Below, piece after piece: positions 61,776-64,000 of a DNA stretch of 64,000 bases. Position 1 is the first letter of the stretch. Every line of letters starts with the position of its first letter. The DNA comes from an uncultured candidate division Zixibacteria bacterium. Lineage in GTDB: Bacteria > Zixibacteria > MSB-5A5 > UBA10806. The DNA lies in assembly GCA_963801605.1 (NCBI GenBank), contig CAWDFP010000006.1:1855959-1919958 (forward strand), written 5' to 3'. Under the pieces are notes generated by a model, which worked only from the letters and a program-made list of their open reading frames with translations, ran no database searches and was not told where the DNA came from. The translations under genes and the position numbers were made by a program.

Positions 61776-61845
61776 GCCTTTACATTGTTTACCTTATATG
61801 GCATAGAGCGCACAAGCCTGACAATGAAATCATGAAGGGAAAACT

Positions 61846-62538
61846 ATGGAAAACTTGGAATGTCCCCACTGCGGCAGTCCCCTGGGAAGAGGAGTAGCGG
61901 TCTGCGGAGAGTGCGGTAAGGAAGTAAGCGATCGGGAAGACCAGAACCAACCGCAGCAGGAGGAAAGGCAGAGCGGGAGAAAAGTCTACGCCGTCCTCGC
62001 CGTTTTTCTGGTTGTGGTCGGAGGGGTGGCCTTGTTGATGTTTACCGGTCTTCTGCCCAATCCCCTGAAGGGGGGCGGCTCAACCGCAGCCATCGTCAAC
62101 GGTGAAAAGATAACCACGGAGGAATTGGACCAGAAATTTGAGCTCTTCAAGAAGATGTCCGGAAGAAGCGGCCAGATGGAGTCCTCCGGCCCCGAGGGGA
62201 AAAAGATGCTGGCGGACTTGCGGATGCAGGTCCTCGAGGCGATGATTCAGGAAAAGGTACTGCTGACCGAAGCGGCCAAGGCCAAGATCACCGTCTCTCC
62301 GCAAGAGATCGCCGAGAGGATAGCCACCGTCAAAAAGGGGCTGAATCTTTCCGATAAGGATTTTGAGGCTTTTCTGAAAAGTCATGCCATGAGTACGGCA
62401 AACTTTGAAAAGCGGATTGAAAGGGAGTTCATGATCTCCAAGCTTATCGCCAAAGGTACACAGGAGAAAGGCATAAGCAAGGATGAATTTCTGAAAGAGT
62501 TGACTTCGCGGGCTAAGATTGAGGTTTTAGTAAAATAG
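61846..62538 (+). CDS. Zinc-ribbon plus TM plus SurA N-terminal domain protein
   Basis: CPHCG...CGECG; one TM; AAIVNGEKIT...VLEAMIQEKVLLTEA...L..RAKIEV. No PPIase domain. Confidence 0.75.
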   Translation: MENLECPHCGSPLGRGVAVCGECGKEVSDREDQNQPQQEERQSGRKVYAVLAVFLVVVGGVALLMFTGLLPNPLKGGGSTAAIVNGEKITTEELDQKFELFKKMSGRSGQMESSGPEGKKMLADLRMQVLEAMIQEKVLLTEAAKAKITVSPQEIAERIATVKKGLNLSDKDFEAFLKSHAMSTANFEKRIEREFMISKLIAKGTQEKGISKDEFLKELTSRAKIEVLVK

Positions 62539-62594
62539 CCTCTCCCGGTAGCATGAATTCGGGGTGGGTCGTATATCCTGCAGTCGAGATCTTC

Positions 62595-63140
62595 TCAGCA
62601 TTCATTCCTCGGCGGTTTACCGTCGAGGAATGCCAAGACATCCCGCGTCCGTTCGATCTCTTCCGAACAATAGATCCACAGGTGGTAACCCTCCAGCCCC
62701 AGGATCGTTATTCCCGCCGCAAACACGGCCCAGAAGTTCTCCGTGAGTTTGCCGGAAAAATGGTAGAAAAAATAGAAGCCCGCGAGATAACCCACATGGC
62801 TTACGCCGCCATACCTGCCTGAGCCGCTCATCATCCGCGACAGGATGAGAATGATGGCGGAAAAGATGTAGAGGAGAAGCACGGCGCTGATCATATTGAC
62901 GGATGGGGGTCTGCCGAGCATCGTCCTGATATTTGCAGGAAGGGAAGGGAAAAAAGAAAAATCGCCCAGCGCCGCCATGCTCAGGAGAAGAAAAAGGGCA
63001 GCAACGAGAAGTTCTGCCGTGAACTTGCGGTGAAGGGCTCGGATATTGTCAAGCGCATCTTTCCGGAGCCGATCATGGTTTTCCCTGAGGCCCGGCGTCC
63101 GCCCTTCGTTACCCGGAAGAGTCACTCCTCCTTTTTCCAT
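62595..63140 (-). CDS. Conserved hypothetical membrane protein
   Basis: About four TM segments (LGRPPS..MISAVLLLYIFS; HVGYLAGFYFFYH; NFWAVF); overlaps the end of the sensor gene. Confidence 0.65.
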   Translation of the reverse strand: MEKGGVTLPGNEGRTPGLRENHDRLRKDALDNIRALHRKFTAELLVAALFLLLSMAALGDFSFFPSLPANIRTMLGRPPSVNMISAVLLLYIFSAIILILSRMMSGSGRYGGVSHVGYLAGFYFFYHFSGKLTENFWAVFAAGITILGLEGYHLWIYCSEEIERTRDVLAFLDGKPPRNEC

Positions 63141-63943
63141 GACGCTCGTTCCTGCCGGATGTCGTTCATTTCCCGGACTATCCTCCTGATGTTGCCGCTC
63201 AGCTTATCGATTTCCCTTCCGCAGGGAGGAAGTTCCTGATCGATCCCCTGAATGGCCTTATCCGTAAAATCGACAAGCAGTTTCAACGGGATGAAGACAT
63301 ATCTCCTCAGCAGCGCCGCCACGCCCCCGACCGTCACCAAAAGGACCATGAAACTGAAGATGATCATCCGGCTCCGCATCACCGCCAGATTGTTGACCAG
63401 GGGGGCGGCGGAGAGACCGATGTCCAAGGTACCCAAAATCTTCTGTTCCGCGGTATGTACATGACAGGCGGCCTGGTAACAGCTCGGTTCGTTGTAGATG
63501 GGTGCGGTAATGGCAATGACATCCTTCCCTTTTTCGTTGACAAACCGACGCGCCTGTTTCATGTCGCCCAGCGTTGCGGCGGGAACGGGGCCGCTGTGGC
63601 ATTCGACGCACCCCGCGGCGTTCTTGTCCAGGAGCCGCTCGACCTCACTGCTGTTGCTGGAGAACATGATGAGCCCCTTCTTGTTGAAGATTCGCGCATG
63701 CTCCACGCCCTCCTGTGTACCTATGTTGGCGATGGTGTTGCTCAGGGACTCCCTGTCGTCGTGGAGCATGGCATAGCGGGTCGATTTAACGATAGTGCCG
63801 GCCTGGCTGGTTTCGTAACGGATCACGTCGTTTGTCATATCCGTCTTCATGATCGCATAGAGGAGGATACAGCAGACGATAACGAAACCTGTCACGGAAA
63901 CCGTAACCGGGATAATGGCCCGAGCGGTCAATGATTTAAACAT
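63122..63943 (-). CDS. Membrane sensor with periplasmic heme-c-binding domain and HAMP-like region, no output domain
   Basis: TM, then CVECH and NEPSCYQAACHVH...ILGTLDI, second TM, PLKLL...EIDKL; ends at 273 aa. Confidence 0.78.
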   Translation of the reverse strand: MFKSLTARAIIPVTVSVTGFVIVCCILLYAIMKTDMTNDVIRYETSQAGTIVKSTRYAMLHDDRESLSNTIANIGTQEGVEHARIFNKKGLIMFSSNSSEVERLLDKNAAGCVECHSGPVPAATLGDMKQARRFVNEKGKDVIAITAPIYNEPSCYQAACHVHTAEQKILGTLDIGLSAAPLVNNLAVMRSRMIIFSFMVLLVTVGGVAALLRRYVFIPLKLLVDFTDKAIQGIDQELPPCGREIDKLSGNIRRIVREMNDIRQERASWKKEE

Positions 63944-64000
63944 GTCTCTTCTCCCTATAAGCTCTGCTGTGCAACACCGGTTGCGCTGCCCTTTTGTCCA

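Overview
The window looks like two different pieces of DNA joined at about position 57,861. Positions 1 to ~57,860 are moderate-GC chromosomal sequence from a diderm anaerobe. The YPNPFN/FlgD-type C-terminal sorting domains, Cys-flanked dockerin-like tails and multiheme lipoprotein suggest an FCB-group lineage such as Zixibacteria (inference, not a database result). This part carries 2-oxoacid:ferredoxin oxidoreductase beta/gamma, trpS-scpA-(secreted protease)-scpB-rluB-cmk-plsC-rpsA, an LPS core/msbA operon running into relA/spoT and pgeF, uppP, amrS, an aminotransferase, a ROK protein, an MFS transporter, a MrfA/YprA-like helicase, tldD/pmbA, a PEP-CTERM protein, tRNA-Ser(GCT), an ACP/SDR/acyl-ligase module, several secreted modular proteins and queF-yhhQ. 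At least 13 genes, including rpsA, are split by single-base frameshifts (mostly +1 where I could check), so these are probably uncorrected long-read errors rather than true pseudogenes. At ~57,861 yhhQ is cut mid-gene and the sequence becomes visibly more GC-rich and free of frameshifts, with a Desulfobacterota/Syntrophales-like gene set: cysteine desulfurase-yedF-DUF3343, PaaI thioesterase, ferritin, a triheme c7-type cytochrome, a SurA-N protein and a heme-binding HAMP sensor. The best candidate for an undescribed system is a non-cellulosomal cohesin-dockerin scaffold: a secreted protein with two cohesin-like domains, a dockerin and a T9SS-like tail, plus a secreted triple type-1-copper cupredoxin carrying a dockerin, near a multiheme lipoprotein. 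Other notable items are a Tat-signalled TldD with a signal-less PmbA partner, a 162-nt multi-branched palindromic element, a mosaic of REP-like repeats, and a hidden SRPBCC gene with no canonical start codon. All domain calls come from reading motifs by eye; no searches were run.
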